64,000 bases of DNA, taken from positions 5,550 through 69,549 of the forward strand of contig JBBQLB010000012.1 in NCBI GenBank assembly GCA_038327465.1, written 5' to 3'. Shown here piece after piece: positions 8,940-18,452 of the stretch. Origin of the DNA: Sphingomonadales bacterium (lineage in GTDB: Bacteria > Pseudomonadota > Alphaproteobacteria > Sphingomonadales > Sphingomonadaceae). The notes under the pieces are model-generated. The model was not told the DNA's origin, ran no database searches, and worked only from the letters and a program-made list of their open reading frames with translations. Position numbers and translations under genes: made by a program. Each line of letters begins with the position of its first letter. The first letter of the stretch is position 1.

Positions 8940-10724
8940 CTAAGCCGCCAAATCGTACGGCTTGATATCCCCGTTCAAATACAAATTCCGCGCCTTCGCC
9001 CGGCTGAGCTTCCCCGAGCTGGTGCGCGGCAAGGTACGCGGCGGGATCAACTCAATCACGCAATTCATCCCCGTCACCGAGCGGACGCGTTCGCGAATTT
9101 CGTCGCGGAGGCGGACGCGTTCGGATTCGTCGGAGGTGCGGCACTGGACGAGCACGGCGGGGGTTTCCTCGCCGCCCGGCGTGGTGATCGCGAAGGCGGC
9201 GATGTCGCCCGCCTTGAAGCCGGGGAGCTGCTCGACCGCCCATTCGATGTCCTGCGGCCAATGGTTGCGACCGTTGACGATGATCATGTCCTTGGCGCGG
9301 CCGACGATGTAGATGTACCCGTCGCTGAGATAGCCCATGTCGCCGGTATCGAGCCAGCCATCGACGAGGCACGCTTCGGTCGAGTCCGTATCGCGGAAAT
9401 AGCCGACCATCACCGATGGCCCTGAGCACCACAATTTGCCGATCGCGCGTTCGGGGAGCGGGGTGCCGTCTTCCTCGCGGATCTGGACCTTCATGTCGCG
9501 CACCGGCTTGCCGCAATTGACGATCGCACGGAAGCGTTGCGGGCGGTCTTCCCCCGCCGCGACGCCCGACAATTGCGTTTCCTCGACCAATTCGACGCGA
9601 ATGCCCTCGGTCGGCGGCATGATCGACACGGCGAGCGTCGCCTCGGCCAGGCCATAGCTCGGCAGGAAGGCGCTGGCCTTGAAGCCCGCCCCCTCGAACG
9701 CGTCGACAAAGCTTTGCATCACGTCGGGGCGGATCATGTCGGCGCCATTGCCGGCCAGCCGCCAGCGCGACAAGTCGAAGCGCTCGGACGCCTTGGTCTG
9801 GCTCGACATGCGGCGCGCGCAAATGTCGTAGCCGAAGGTGGGCGAATAGCTGATCGAGGTGCCCGGGTTGCGGCTGATCATGTCGAGCCAGGCGAGCGGA
9901 CGACGCGCGAAATCCTCGGTCTTGAGGTAATCGGTCGAAACCTGATTGGCGACCGGCGAGAGGAAGCAGCCGACCAGCCCCATGTCGTGATACCATGGCA
10001 GCCACGAGACGCAGCGGTCGCTCTCGACCAGCTGCATGCCATGCGAATGCGCCGCGAGATTGTTGAGCAAAGCGTGGTGCGTGATGACGACGCCGTGCGG
10101 GAAGCGCGTCGATCCGCTCGAATATTGCAAATAGGCGATGTCATCGCCGCGCGCCTGCGGCAGATCGACCGTCGGCGCGGGGCGGGTGGCGAGTTCGGAC
10201 CAGTCGACGCCTGCAACGCCAGCGGCGCGCGCGGCATCGCCGCCCATTTGCGCGAGTTCGGGGGGGTAGATCAGCAGCGTCGGGTCACAACTGGCAAGCT
10301 GCACGCGGAGCTGTTCGATATACGAATCACGTCCGCCGAAGCTGGTCGGCAGTGGCAGCGGCACGGGCCACGCCCCGGCATAGACCGTGCCGAAGAACAA
10401 AGCGGCGAAATCCGGGCTGGTTTCCGCGACGATCGCGATGCGATCCTCGGGCTTGATCCCGGCGGCGATCAGGCGGCGCGCCATCGCCAGCGCATCGTCG
10501 CGCAGTTCGGCGAAGGGATAGGCGCGTGACAGCGTACCGCGCGCATCGTGGAAATTCAGCCCGCGTGAACCACTTGCCGCATAATCGAGCGCTGCCCCCA
10601 GCGTTTCGAAATCGGCGAAGCGTCGTGCCAGCGTGTCGGCAGTCGGAGTTCCGACCAAATTCGGCGCGGCTGGCCCCGGTGTTGCCACCGAGGATTTCCG
10701 CGTGTCCGCTACATCCATCGTCAT
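8940..10724 (-). CDS. Fatty acyl-AMP ligase / acyl-ACP synthetase family
   Basis: AMP-binding motifs YLQYSSGSTRFPHG, SYGLAEATL, DTGDMG, GRAKDMII, RTSSGKL; start uncertain (10718-10787). Confidence 0.9.
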   Translation of the reverse strand: MTMDVADTRKSSVATPGPAAPNLVGTPTADTLARRFADFETLGAALDYAASGSRGLNFHDARGTLSRAYPFAELRDDALAMARRLIAAGIKPEDRIAIVAETSPDFAALFFGTVYAGAWPVPLPLPTSFGGRDSYIEQLRVQLASCDPTLLIYPPELAQMGGDAARAAGVAGVDWSELATRPAPTVDLPQARGDDIAYLQYSSGSTRFPHGVVITHHALLNNLAAHSHGMQLVESDRCVSWLPWYHDMGLVGCFLSPVANQVSTDYLKTEDFARRPLAWLDMISRNPGTSISYSPTFGYDICARRMSSQTKASERFDLSRWRLAGNGADMIRPDVMQSFVDAFEGAGFKASAFLPSYGLAEATLAVSIMPPTEGIRVELVEETQLSGVAAGEDRPQRFRAIVNCGKPVRDMKVQIREEDGTPLPERAIGKLWCSGPSVMVGYFRDTDSTEACLVDGWLDTGDMGYLSDGYIYIVGRAKDMIIVNGRNHWPQDIEWAVEQLPGFKAGDIAAFAITTPGGEETPAVLVQCRTSDESERVRLRDEIRERVRSVTGMNCVIELIPPRTLPRTSSGKLSRAKARNLYLNGDIKPYDLAA

Positions 10725-10856
10725 CAGTGTTTGCGCCCTTGATCGCGACCGTAAACTGGCGGCCGCGCCTGAATTTTCGACATGCACCCCTGCTTATGCC
10801 CCAGACCTAATCTGAACGTTCAAAATCGAGTTCGACTGTGGCACAATGATGGCGTC

Positions 10857-11408
10857 ATGTTCCAGCCAGCAAAGAACCGTTCGAAATCAAGAGAGATACG
10901 GACGGTGCCGCCATTGGATGCAGCGTCGCTCGATCGGCTTGCGCTGCGCTATGTCGAGCGCTTCGCGACGACGCGGAATCGGCTTGCGCAGTATCTGGTG
11001 CGCAAAATCCGCGAACGCGGCTGGGACGGGCCTCCGGCGGACCCGGCAGCGCTCGCCGAAAAGCTCGCCGAGCTCGGCTATATCGACGACCGCGCCTTCG
11101 GCGAGGCGCGCGCGGCGGCGATGGGGCGGCGCGGCTTGGGCAAGCGCCGCGTCACCGGTGCCTTGCACCAGGCAGGACTGGTTGAGGAGGACCGCGCGGC
11201 GATCATCCCGGCGGTGGAGGATCGTGCGCTCGAAACCGCGCTGGCGTTTGCACGGCGGCGGCGGATCGGGCCGTTCGCGGCGGTGCGCGCCGAACGCCCC
11301 GAACGTGAAAAACACATTGCCGCGATGATTCGCGGCGGTCATGACTTCACCCTGGCCCGCCGGATCGCCTCGCTTCGGCCGGGCGAAGCGCTCGAACCGA
11401 GCGACTGA
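10857..11408 (+). CDS. recX: RecX family regulatory protein
   Basis: LALRYVERF…LGYIDDRAF…GxRRV…L; start assigned to ATG 10857. Confidence 0.85.
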   Translation: MFQPAKNRSKSREIRTVPPLDAASLDRLALRYVERFATTRNRLAQYLVRKIRERGWDGPPADPAALAEKLAELGYIDDRAFGEARAAAMGRRGLGKRRVTGALHQAGLVEEDRAAIIPAVEDRALETALAFARRRRIGPFAAVRAERPEREKHIAAMIRGGHDFTLARRIASLRPGEALEPSD

Positions 11409-11513
11409 TACGTATGGGATTCGCGCGAATTCCTTGCCTATCGGCGCGTTTCATATCGCTTTTTGCGTACGTACATCGTCCATGCTAGCGTCCCGGCCGG
11501 GGGATGGTTCGCG

Positions 11514-12104
11514 ATGCGTAACGAAGTGATTCCGGCGCTTGGCGGCACTGACCGGGACAGCACAGCGGATTGCGAAACGGGGGCGGCGGACTCGTCGGCG
11601 CGCGTTTACACCGGCATGCTCAAATGGTTCGATATGACTCGCGGTTTCGGGTTTGTCGTGGCCGATGATGAGACGGTGGGCGACATATTGATTCATTTCT
11701 CGGTCTTGCGCCCGCACGGGCGACGCAGCCTGCCCGAGGGCGCGCGGATCGAATGTCTGGCGTCGGTGCGCGACCGTGGGCTGCAAGCGAGTGAAATCCT
11801 GTCGATCGACCTGAGCGACGCGGTCGAACCGCCGATCCGCCTGCGCGGCGATGGCACACGCGGCGATTCTGCGGCGCTGATCGAGCAAGCGGGGCCGTTC
11901 GAGCCGGTCACGGTCAAATGGTTCAATCGCCTGAAGGGCTATGGTTTTTTGCTGCGTTCGAGTGATTCGAGCGATATCTTCGTGCATATCGAAACGCTGC
12001 GCCGCGCGGGGATTGAAGAGATCGAACCGGGGCAAGCGTTTCAGGCGCGCATCGTCGAGCGCGACAAGGGTCCGCTCGCGGTGATCGTCGAAGAAGAAGG
12101 CTGA
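11514..12104 (+). CDS. Cold-shock protein with two CSD domains
   Basis: Two CSD repeats: KWFDMTRGFGF…DILIHFS and KWFNRLKGYGF…DIFVHIE. Confidence 0.9.
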   Translation: MRNEVIPALGGTDRDSTADCETGAADSSARVYTGMLKWFDMTRGFGFVVADDETVGDILIHFSVLRPHGRRSLPEGARIECLASVRDRGLQASEILSIDLSDAVEPPIRLRGDGTRGDSAALIEQAGPFEPVTVKWFNRLKGYGFLLRSSDSSDIFVHIETLRRAGIEEIEPGQAFQARIVERDKGPLAVIVEEEG

Positions 12105-12138
12105 AGACCGGCGTTTTCCCGTCGAGGAATGATCAGGC

Positions 12139-12978
12139 ATGAAGCGAGTTTTATGGGTGTTGGTGCCGCTTGTGCTGATCGTGGCAGGTGCGTGGTGGCT
12201 GTGGCAACCGGTCGGCGACGGTCGCGTACCGGTTGGTGGCGTGCCGGCCTATGGCGTGGTGATCTCGACCAGCTACCCGCACGACCCGGGAGCATTTACC
12301 GAAGGTTTGTTTTTCCAGAACGGATCGCTGTACGAAAGCACCGGCGAAGTCGGTGAATCGGGCGTCCGGCAGACCGACTTGGCGAGCGGACGCGTCGTCA
12401 GGAGCGTCGATGTGCCGGCCCCCTATTTCGGCGAGGGCGTCGTGGCGTGGAAGGACCAGATCTACCAGCTTACCTGGAAGGACCAGAAGGGGTTCATCTA
12501 CAAGCTTGGTGATTTTTCGCCGGTCGGCGAATTCACGTATCAGGGCGAGGGATGGGGCGCGACGCACAACGACCGCGCGATCATCATGAGCGATGGCACC
12601 GCGGTGCTGCGCTTCCTCGATCCAGAGACGTTGCAGCCGGTTTCGACACTGACAGTCACTGCCAATGGCTGCCCGGTAAAAAATCTCAACGAGCTCGAGT
12701 GGGTCGACGGGCAAATCTACGCCAATATCTGGCAGACCAGCCTGATCGCCCGGATCGACCCCGCGACCGGCGCCGTGAAGAGTTTTCTCGATATCGGCAC
12801 GCTCGGCCCGAAGGATGGCGGGCGCGACGATGTCGCCAACGGCATTGCGTGGGACGCCGCGCAGAAGCGGTTGTTCGTGACCGGCAAGCGGTGGCCGAAG
12901 CTCTACCAAGTGAAGGTGAACGACGCGCCGATGGCGTCCGAGGCGGCGAACGCGCTGACCGAATGCGCCAAGCCATGA
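12139..12978 (+). CDS. Glutaminyl-peptide cyclotransferase (bacterial/plant type)
   Basis: AFTEGL, LYESTG, FGEG, QLTW, GEGWG, LNELE, ANIW, VANGIA motifs; N-terminal membrane anchor. Confidence 0.92.
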   Translation: MKRVLWVLVPLVLIVAGAWWLWQPVGDGRVPVGGVPAYGVVISTSYPHDPGAFTEGLFFQNGSLYESTGEVGESGVRQTDLASGRVVRSVDVPAPYFGEGVVAWKDQIYQLTWKDQKGFIYKLGDFSPVGEFTYQGEGWGATHNDRAIIMSDGTAVLRFLDPETLQPVSTLTVTANGCPVKNLNELEWVDGQIYANIWQTSLIARIDPATGAVKSFLDIGTLGPKDGGRDDVANGIAWDAAQKRLFVTGKRWPKLYQVKVNDAPMASEAANALTECAKP

Positions 12979-13020
12979 TCGCGGTTGAAGGCGGCACGGC
13001 ACCGCGCTAAGCGCTGTGGC

Positions 13021-13428
13021 ATGGGCATCAACCTCAATCCTTTCACCTGGTGGAATGGCGCGACCATTGGCACGGCGTTCGGCCTGCGCGGAATGGCGCA
13101 GGTCGGCGAAGACGCGCTTGGCAACGTCTATTATCAGGGCGGACGCGACACGGCGGGCAATCCGCGCCGCTGGGTGATCTATAACGGGCCCAACGATTCG
13201 AGCCGGGTCGCGCCCGAATGGTTCAGCTGGCTGCACCATCAGGTCGATGACGTGCCCGAACGCGCGTTGCCTGCGGCGCGCGCCTGGCAATTGCCGGCCG
13301 AGCCCAATCTGACGGGTACGGTCGCCGCCTATCGCCCGAGTGGTGCGCTCGAAAAGGGTGGCGTTCGCGCCGCTGCAACGGGCGATTACGAAGCATGGGT
13401 TCCGCCCCACGGACAGCCCGAGGCGTGA
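13021..13428 (+). CDS. NADH:ubiquinone oxidoreductase subunit NDUFA12-like protein
   Basis: VGED.LGN.YY, RRWVIY, SRVAPEWFSWLHH, NLTGT, DYEAW.P. Confidence 0.9.
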   Translation: MGINLNPFTWWNGATIGTAFGLRGMAQVGEDALGNVYYQGGRDTAGNPRRWVIYNGPNDSSRVAPEWFSWLHHQVDDVPERALPAARAWQLPAEPNLTGTVAAYRPSGALEKGGVRAAATGDYEAWVPPHGQPEA

Positions 13429-14084
13429 TCCGTATCGGCCGGTTGAGCGGGGTGCTGGCGGTAACGCTGCTCGCCGCCGGATGCGGGCCGACCAAACCCG
13501 TCGCGCCCGATGCGAAGCCGACGCCGGTCACCGCGCTCGATGCCGATACCAGCGCGAGCAATATCGTTACGGTCGAAGTCGGTGGCGATGTCGATCCCGG
13601 TTATGGTGCGACGCCAATGGCCGAGCGGGTCGCGACGCTCGGGCTACTCAACAAGCGCAATGGCGCGTCGCGCGATATCGTGTTGAAACCGGGCAAGGCG
13701 ATCCGGATCGGTGATGTCGTGGTGCGGCTGCGTGCGTGCGAGCGGACCGCGCCGTGGGAGCAGGAACAGTATACCGGCGCCTTTGTGCAGGTCGATGTGC
13801 AGGGCCGTGACGGCCAAGGCAAAGGGAACTGGCGCCGGACGTTTTCGGGCTGGTTGTTCAAGGAACGGCCCGCGCTCAATGTCGTCCAGCACCCGATCTA
13901 CGACGTCTGGGTCAAGAGCTGCGCAATGACCTTCCCGGTCGGCGGGCCCAATTCGGTCGCGGGCGGCGGTGCCCCTGACGTCAGCGAAACGCGGCGGTCT
14001 AGCGCAAAGAAATCGCCTGCTGCCGAGGCTGACGCGCCCGAACCGACCACGCCCGCAATCGCGGCGGACAATGCCACGAGATAA
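13425..14084 (+). CDS. DUF2155 domain-containing protein (lipoprotein-like signal)
   Basis: LNKRNG, RLRACE, AFVQV, FSGWLF…PALN…HPIYDVWV.SC; lipobox-like LAAGC; GTG start overlapping the upstream stop. Confidence 0.85.
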   Translation: MIRIGRLSGVLAVTLLAAGCGPTKPVAPDAKPTPVTALDADTSASNIVTVEVGGDVDPGYGATPMAERVATLGLLNKRNGASRDIVLKPGKAIRIGDVVVRLRACERTAPWEQEQYTGAFVQVDVQGRDGQGKGNWRRTFSGWLFKERPALNVVQHPIYDVWVKSCAMTFPVGGPNSVAGGGAPDVSETRRSSAKKSPAAEADAPEPTTPAIAADNATR

Positions 14085-14671
14085 TCGGCGCGGCTGATCT
14101 CGACCGCGCCCAAGGAGGCGAGGTGATCGGTCAGGAATTGGCAGTCGAGCAAGGTGAAGCCGCCAACGCGCAGCCGTGCGACGAGCCATGCCATTGCGAC
14201 CTTCGAGGCATCGCGCGCCCGGCTGACCATGCTTTCGCCAAAGAAGGCGCGGCCGAGCGCAATCCCGTACAGCCCGCCTGCCAGCCGGTCGCCGTCCCAC
14301 ACCTCGATCGAATGCGCGAAGCCCATCGCATGCAATTCGTTGGTGACGCGCTCGATCGGCGCGTTGATCCAGGTATCGGGCCGGTTGGCGACCGATTGCG
14401 CGCAAAGCTTGAGAATTTGCGGAAAGGCGTGGTTCGCGGTCACCTCAAAACGATCGCTCACGAGCGTTTTGCGGAGCGAGTGCGAGAGGTGGAACCCGTC
14501 GAGCGGCAGGATCGCACGCTCGGTCGGCTCGATCCAATAGACGTCCTCGGCCTCGCGTCCGTCCGCCATCGGAAAGACGCCAACGGCATAGGCCCCCAGC
14601 ACCAGTTGCGGGTCAAGCGGCGGGATCGGGTGGGGGTCGTCGTCGGGTGGCGGCGTCACCCCTAAGGTCAT
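13898..14671 (-). CDS. aat: Leucyl/phenylalanyl-tRNA--protein transferase
   Basis: AYAVGVFPM, AHSIEVW, GGLYG, FFGESM, DASKVA, LLDCQF.T.HL.SLGA; start at ATG 14671. Confidence 0.93.
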   Translation of the reverse strand: MTLGVTPPPDDDPHPIPPLDPQLVLGAYAVGVFPMADGREAEDVYWIEPTERAILPLDGFHLSHSLRKTLVSDRFEVTANHAFPQILKLCAQSVANRPDTWINAPIERVTNELHAMGFAHSIEVWDGDRLAGGLYGIALGRAFFGESMVSRARDASKVAMAWLVARLRVGGFTLLDCQFLTDHLASLGAVEISRADYLVALSAAIAGVVGSGASASAAGDFFALDRRVSLTSGAPPPATELGPPTGKVIAQLLTQTS

Positions 14672-15390
14672 GGGGCGATGCGCCGCTCGATCGCCTGCCA
14701 TAGTTGCGCAAAGGCCTGCGCGCCCGCCGATCGCGCGGCGAAGCTGCCGACTGGCGCACGGCGCGCGGTGACCTGCTCGATCAGGCTTGCCATCGGGATA
14801 ACCGGCCAATCGGGATGCCGCGCCAGCGCATCGGCATGCAGTTTGCGCCTGCGATCGACCATCGAATGGACCGGCATGACCTGCGCCTTGCTGCCGAGGT
14901 GTTTGAGCACCTCGGCGAGTGCGCGTTCGGACAGTGGCGACGGGATCACCGGCACCACGATCAAGTCAGCGGCGCGCATCACCTGGTCGCTCGTTTCGGT
15001 CAGGCCCGGCGGGCAATCGAGCAGGATGCGGTCATAGTCTTTGCGCAAGCCCGTCAGCAGCTTTTGCAGCCGCTTCTTCTTGTCGAGTTCGTGGAACAGC
15101 AGATCCAGCCCGCGCAGCGAAGCATCCGCGCGCAGCAAATCGAGCCGCGGCGTCGCGGTTTTCTCGATCAATTTGTTGGGTTCGACGTCCTTGGCGAAGA
15201 CCGACTGCGCCTGATCTTTCGCTTTAGCATCCGGCTTTGCCGCGAGCAGGAAGCTCGACGCGGCTTGCGGATCGAGATCCCACAATAGCGTGCGCCGCGA
15301 CGAGGCGGTGGCGGCGACCCAGGCGAGATTAACCGCCAGCGTCGTCTTTCCGACACCGCCCTTCAGACTGTAAATCGCGATCGTCGACAC
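14668..15390 (-). CDS. Orphan ParA/Soj family ATPase
   Basis: Deviant Walker A KGGVGKTT, DLDPQA, LLDCPP; no adjacent parB. Confidence 0.9.
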   Translation of the reverse strand: MSTIAIYSLKGGVGKTTLAVNLAWVAATASSRRTLLWDLDPQAASSFLLAAKPDAKAKDQAQSVFAKDVEPNKLIEKTATPRLDLLRADASLRGLDLLFHELDKKKRLQKLLTGLRKDYDRILLDCPPGLTETSDQVMRAADLIVVPVIPSPLSERALAEVLKHLGSKAQVMPVHSMVDRRRKLHADALARHPDWPVIPMASLIEQVTARRAPVGSFAARSAGAQAFAQLWQAIERRIAP

Positions 15391-15455
15391 AATCGAACCC
15401 CTCTTTTACGAGCGGCCAATGTGCCGGATGCCGATGCGCGGTGCAATCGGTCGAA

Positions 15456-15836
15456 TTATCCGACGCTGCAGACCTGCGCGGGCTTGCCCGGCTGCGTGAG
15501 CGTCACCGCCTTGGGATTGCCGGTCAGCACATAGCCATCGGCCTTGAGCGGATCGCCTGCATTTTCGGCGGTGAGCTTAACCGGGGTGCCGTCCTTGGTC
15601 GTCTTGACCAGGACTTGCTTGTCGCCCTCGAAGAAGGTGACGAAGGCCAGGCTGTTATCCTTGCAGCGCAAGCTCACGTCGGCCTTGATCGACGGCGGGA
15701 GTTCGATCGGCGCCTTATTGGCAAGGACCGATGCCATCGGATCGGGCGCGACGTTCGTCACCTCTTGCGGCTTGTTGTCACAGGCCGAGAGCGCAAGGAG
15801 CGCGACGGCGACGGCGGGGATGATGCGGATGGTCAT
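15456..15836 (-). CDS. Hypothetical lipoprotein
   Basis: Lipobox LSAC after a hydrophobic signal; start at ATG 15836. Confidence 0.75.
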   Translation of the reverse strand: MTIRIIPAVAVALLALSACDNKPQEVTNVAPDPMASVLANKAPIELPPSIKADVSLRCKDNSLAFVTFFEGDKQVLVKTTKDGTPVKLTAENAGDPLKADGYVLTGNPKAVTLTQPGKPAQVCSVG

Positions 15837-16006
15837 GAGATTTTCTTCGCTCACGCGGCATCGTGCGTCAAGACCGTAGCTTCCCCTAAGGGCGCAGATT
15901 TTTGCGTTGCAACAATTTTGTAACATAAAGGTCATCTTTGTTCGCGGACTTGCCACGTCTCGGTAGGCATGAAAGGCTGACTTCACGTGAATGGGGAAGC
16001 GGCAGA

Positions 16007-16330
16007 ATGGCAGCGAAAATCACCAGCTACGCGGCGTTCTGGCCCTATTATCTGCGCGAGCATGCCAGACCGGAAACGCGCGCGATCCATTATGCCGGAA
16101 CCGCACTCACCTTCGTGTTTCTGGCGGTGGCGATTGTGGCGGGTGGATATTGGTGGGCGGCGCTACCGATCGCCGGCTATGGTTTCGCCTGGGCCGCGCA
16201 TTTCGGGGTGGAGAAGAATCGCCCGGCGACCTTCACCTATCCCTTATGGTCGCTGGCGAGCGATTACCGGATGTTCTTTTTGTGGCTGAGCGGGCGGCTG
16301 GGGCCGCATTTGCGCGCGGCGGGGATTTAG
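16007..16330 (+). CDS. DUF962 (Mpo1-like) membrane protein
   Basis: FWPYYLREH…[26 protein letters not shown]. Confidence 0.88.
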   Translation: MAAKITSYAAFWPYYLREHARPETRAIHYAGTALTFVFLAVAIVAGGYWWAALPIAGYGFAWAAHFGVEKNRPATFTYPLWSLASDYRMFFLWLSGRLGPHLRAAGI

Positions 16331-16722
16331 GGGCGCGACGCGACCTGAACATCGGTCTGCGGGAAGTCGTCGCCCTTGAAGAGCAACGGCTGACCGGTTG
16401 CCTTGGCCAACGCGTAGGAGAAGCAGTCGCCCAAATTCAATTGCGCCGGATCGCCCGATCCGCGCCCATAGCGACGATAAGCAGCGTGGCCAATCCGCCC
16501 TTGCTCGATATCGACTGGTTCGATGCTGATCTCGAACGCGCGCACAAGACCATAAAGAGCCTCAGTTCGGTCGTCCTCGCGGCGCGTCAAAACTGCTGCG
16601 AGTTCGATCCATGAACCCGCAGAGATGCGGCAGTCAGCCGAGTCGAGCATAGCACCAACGAAGACCGCTCGCTCGGGCTCGTCGAGCAGGATCGCCATGA
16701 TTGCCGAAGGGTCGATAATCAA
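16327..16722 (-). CDS. vapC: VapC toxin (PIN domain)
   Basis: [32 protein letters not shown]. Confidence 0.93.
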   Translation of the reverse strand: MIIDPSAIMAILLDEPERAVFVGAMLDSADCRISAGSWIELAAVLTRREDDRTEALYGLVRAFEISIEPVDIEQGRIGHAAYRRYGRGSGDPAQLNLGDCFSYALAKATGQPLLFKGDDFPQTDVQVASRP

Positions 16723-16985
16723 GCGAACGAACCGTCCTCTTTGTAAATGCTATCCATGATTTCCTTGGACGTCTTGCCAACCCATTCCGGCGGCAAGTTG
16801 CGCCGAAATTCGGCGATGATGTCGTCGATCCGACCGATTTTCTCCGCGCGCGCTGTGAGATGTTGCTGAAAGTCTCGCTGGAGCGCTCCCTTCACGACCG
16901 CCGTCACAGATTGGCCGGTGGCATCCGCCAAATCCCGCGCTAGCTTGACCGTTGCCGCGTCCTTGATGTTGAGTTGTACACCCAT
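16719..16985 (-). CDS. vapB: VapB antitoxin (ribbon-helix-helix type)
   Basis: LNIKD…LARDLA..TG.S.T.VV..AL; GGAGG SD before ATG 16985; overlaps the vapC start. Confidence 0.88.
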   Translation of the reverse strand: MGVQLNIKDAATVKLARDLADATGQSVTAVVKGALQRDFQQHLTARAEKIGRIDDIIAEFRRNLPPEWVGKTSKEIMDSIYKEDGSFA

Positions 16986-17084
16986 TTCTACCTCCGGGAT
17001 CACCGACTATACCATTGCTCGGGCTTGCTCGCAACAAAGCGAGTATGGCTTGCGGCGGCTAGCGCACCACGCCATTTATCCGCG

Positions 17085-18077
17085 ATGCACACCCTACCCA
17101 ACACACTCGCCCTGATCGGCAACACGCCGCTGGTTTTCCTGAAAGGCCCGAGTGAAGCCGCCGGTGCCGAAATCTACGGCAAATGCGAATTCGCCAATCC
17201 CGGTGCGTCGATCAAGGATCGTGCCGCGCTCGGGATCGTCGAGGATGCCGAGGCGCGTGGGCAAATCGCGCCGGGCGGCACTTTTGTCGAGGGGACCGCG
17301 GGCAACACCGGGATCGGCCTTGCGCTCGTCGCCAATGCCAAGGGCTACAAAACGATCATCGTAATGCCCGAGACGCAGAGCCGCGAGAAGATGGATACGC
17401 TGCGCGCATTGGGGGCCGAACTCGTGCTGGTCCCCGCCGCGCCCTATTCGAACCCCGGCCATTTCGTCCACACCTCGCGCCGGATCGCCGCGGAAACCGC
17501 CAATGCGGTTTGGGCCAATCAGTTCGACAATATCGCCAATCGCAAGGCGCATATCACGGGAACGGCCGAGGAAATCTGGGCGCAGATGGACGGGCGGATT
17601 GATGGGTTTACTTGTGCGGCGGGCACTGGCGGGACGATCGCCGGGGTCGGCATGGGGTTGAAGGCGAAGGACGAGAAGGTCTGCATCGCGCTGAGCGATC
17701 CGTATGGGGCGGCCTTGTACAATTACTATGCGCATGGCGAGTTGAAGTCGGAAGGGTCATCGGTCGCCGAAGGGATCGGGCAGGGGCGGATCACCGCCAA
17801 TCTGGAGGGCGCGCCGATCGATACGCAGTTCCGCATTTCCGATGGCGCGGGGATGGAATGGGTCACGCGGCTGCTGGCGGAGGAAGGTTTGTGCCTCGGG
17901 CTTTCGTCGGGGATCAATGTTGCGGGTGCGGTGCTGCTGGCGCGGCAATTGGGGCCGGGCAGCCGGGTCGCGACGATCCTGTGCGACACCGGGTTTCGCT
18001 ACCTCTCGACGCTCTACAACCGGGCGTGGCTCGAGGCGAAAGGGCTCGCTGTGCCGCCGTGGCTCACCTCAAGCTAA
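17085..18077 (+). CDS. cysK: Cysteine synthase A (PLP-dependent)
   Basis: LIGNTPL, KCEFANPGASIKDR, EGTAGNTGIG, GTGGT, EGIG, SSGIN. Confidence 0.93.
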   Translation: MHTLPNTLALIGNTPLVFLKGPSEAAGAEIYGKCEFANPGASIKDRAALGIVEDAEARGQIAPGGTFVEGTAGNTGIGLALVANAKGYKTIIVMPETQSREKMDTLRALGAELVLVPAAPYSNPGHFVHTSRRIAAETANAVWANQFDNIANRKAHITGTAEEIWAQMDGRIDGFTCAAGTGGTIAGVGMGLKAKDEKVCIALSDPYGAALYNYYAHGELKSEGSSVAEGIGQGRITANLEGAPIDTQFRISDGAGMEWVTRLLAEEGLCLGLSSGINVAGAVLLARQLGPGSRVATILCDTGFRYLSTLYNRAWLEAKGLAVPPWLTSS

Positions 18078-18116
18078 AGGCTGGCATCGACAACCGAATC
18101 GTAATGCGTTACATTT

Positions 18117-18452
18117 ATGCCACATCCTATGAAAATGATCGCACAGCACCCGCAAAGGGAAGCAGGCCAGACAACGCAGCGTGTGAAGGTCGGCATGATC
18201 GGCCTCGCGGCGGTCGTGCTGCTCATCGGTCTGGCTGCGGCTATTTTCGCGACGATGAACCACGATCGCGGCGTCGCGGCGATCGGGAGTGCCCGGCCCG
18301 AGGTCGTCTCGGCAATCGTATCGGGCAATAACGCCGATCCAGCCGCCGCCGCGACGAAAGAGCCGCTCGCCGAGTTGGGCGTCGCACCAAGCGCGGAAAT
18401 CGCCAGCAATAGCGCGCAACCCGCCCCACGCTCCACAGCCGCGCGCCGGTGA
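18117..18452 (+). CDS. Small single-pass membrane hypothetical protein
   Basis: One TM helix (GMIGLAAVVLLIGLAAAIF) and an EPLAELGVAP segment; start may be 18117 or 18129. Confidence 0.7.
   Translation: MPHPMKMIAQHPQREAGQTTQRVKVGMIGLAAVVLLIGLAAAIFATMNHDRGVAAIGSARPEVVSAIVSGNNADPAAAATKEPLAELGVAPSAEIASNSAQPAPRSTAARR

Noticed and set aside
11514-12104. Tandem two-domain cold-shock protein as a novelty
   Set aside because: Double-CSD proteins are a known alphaproteobacterial architecture.
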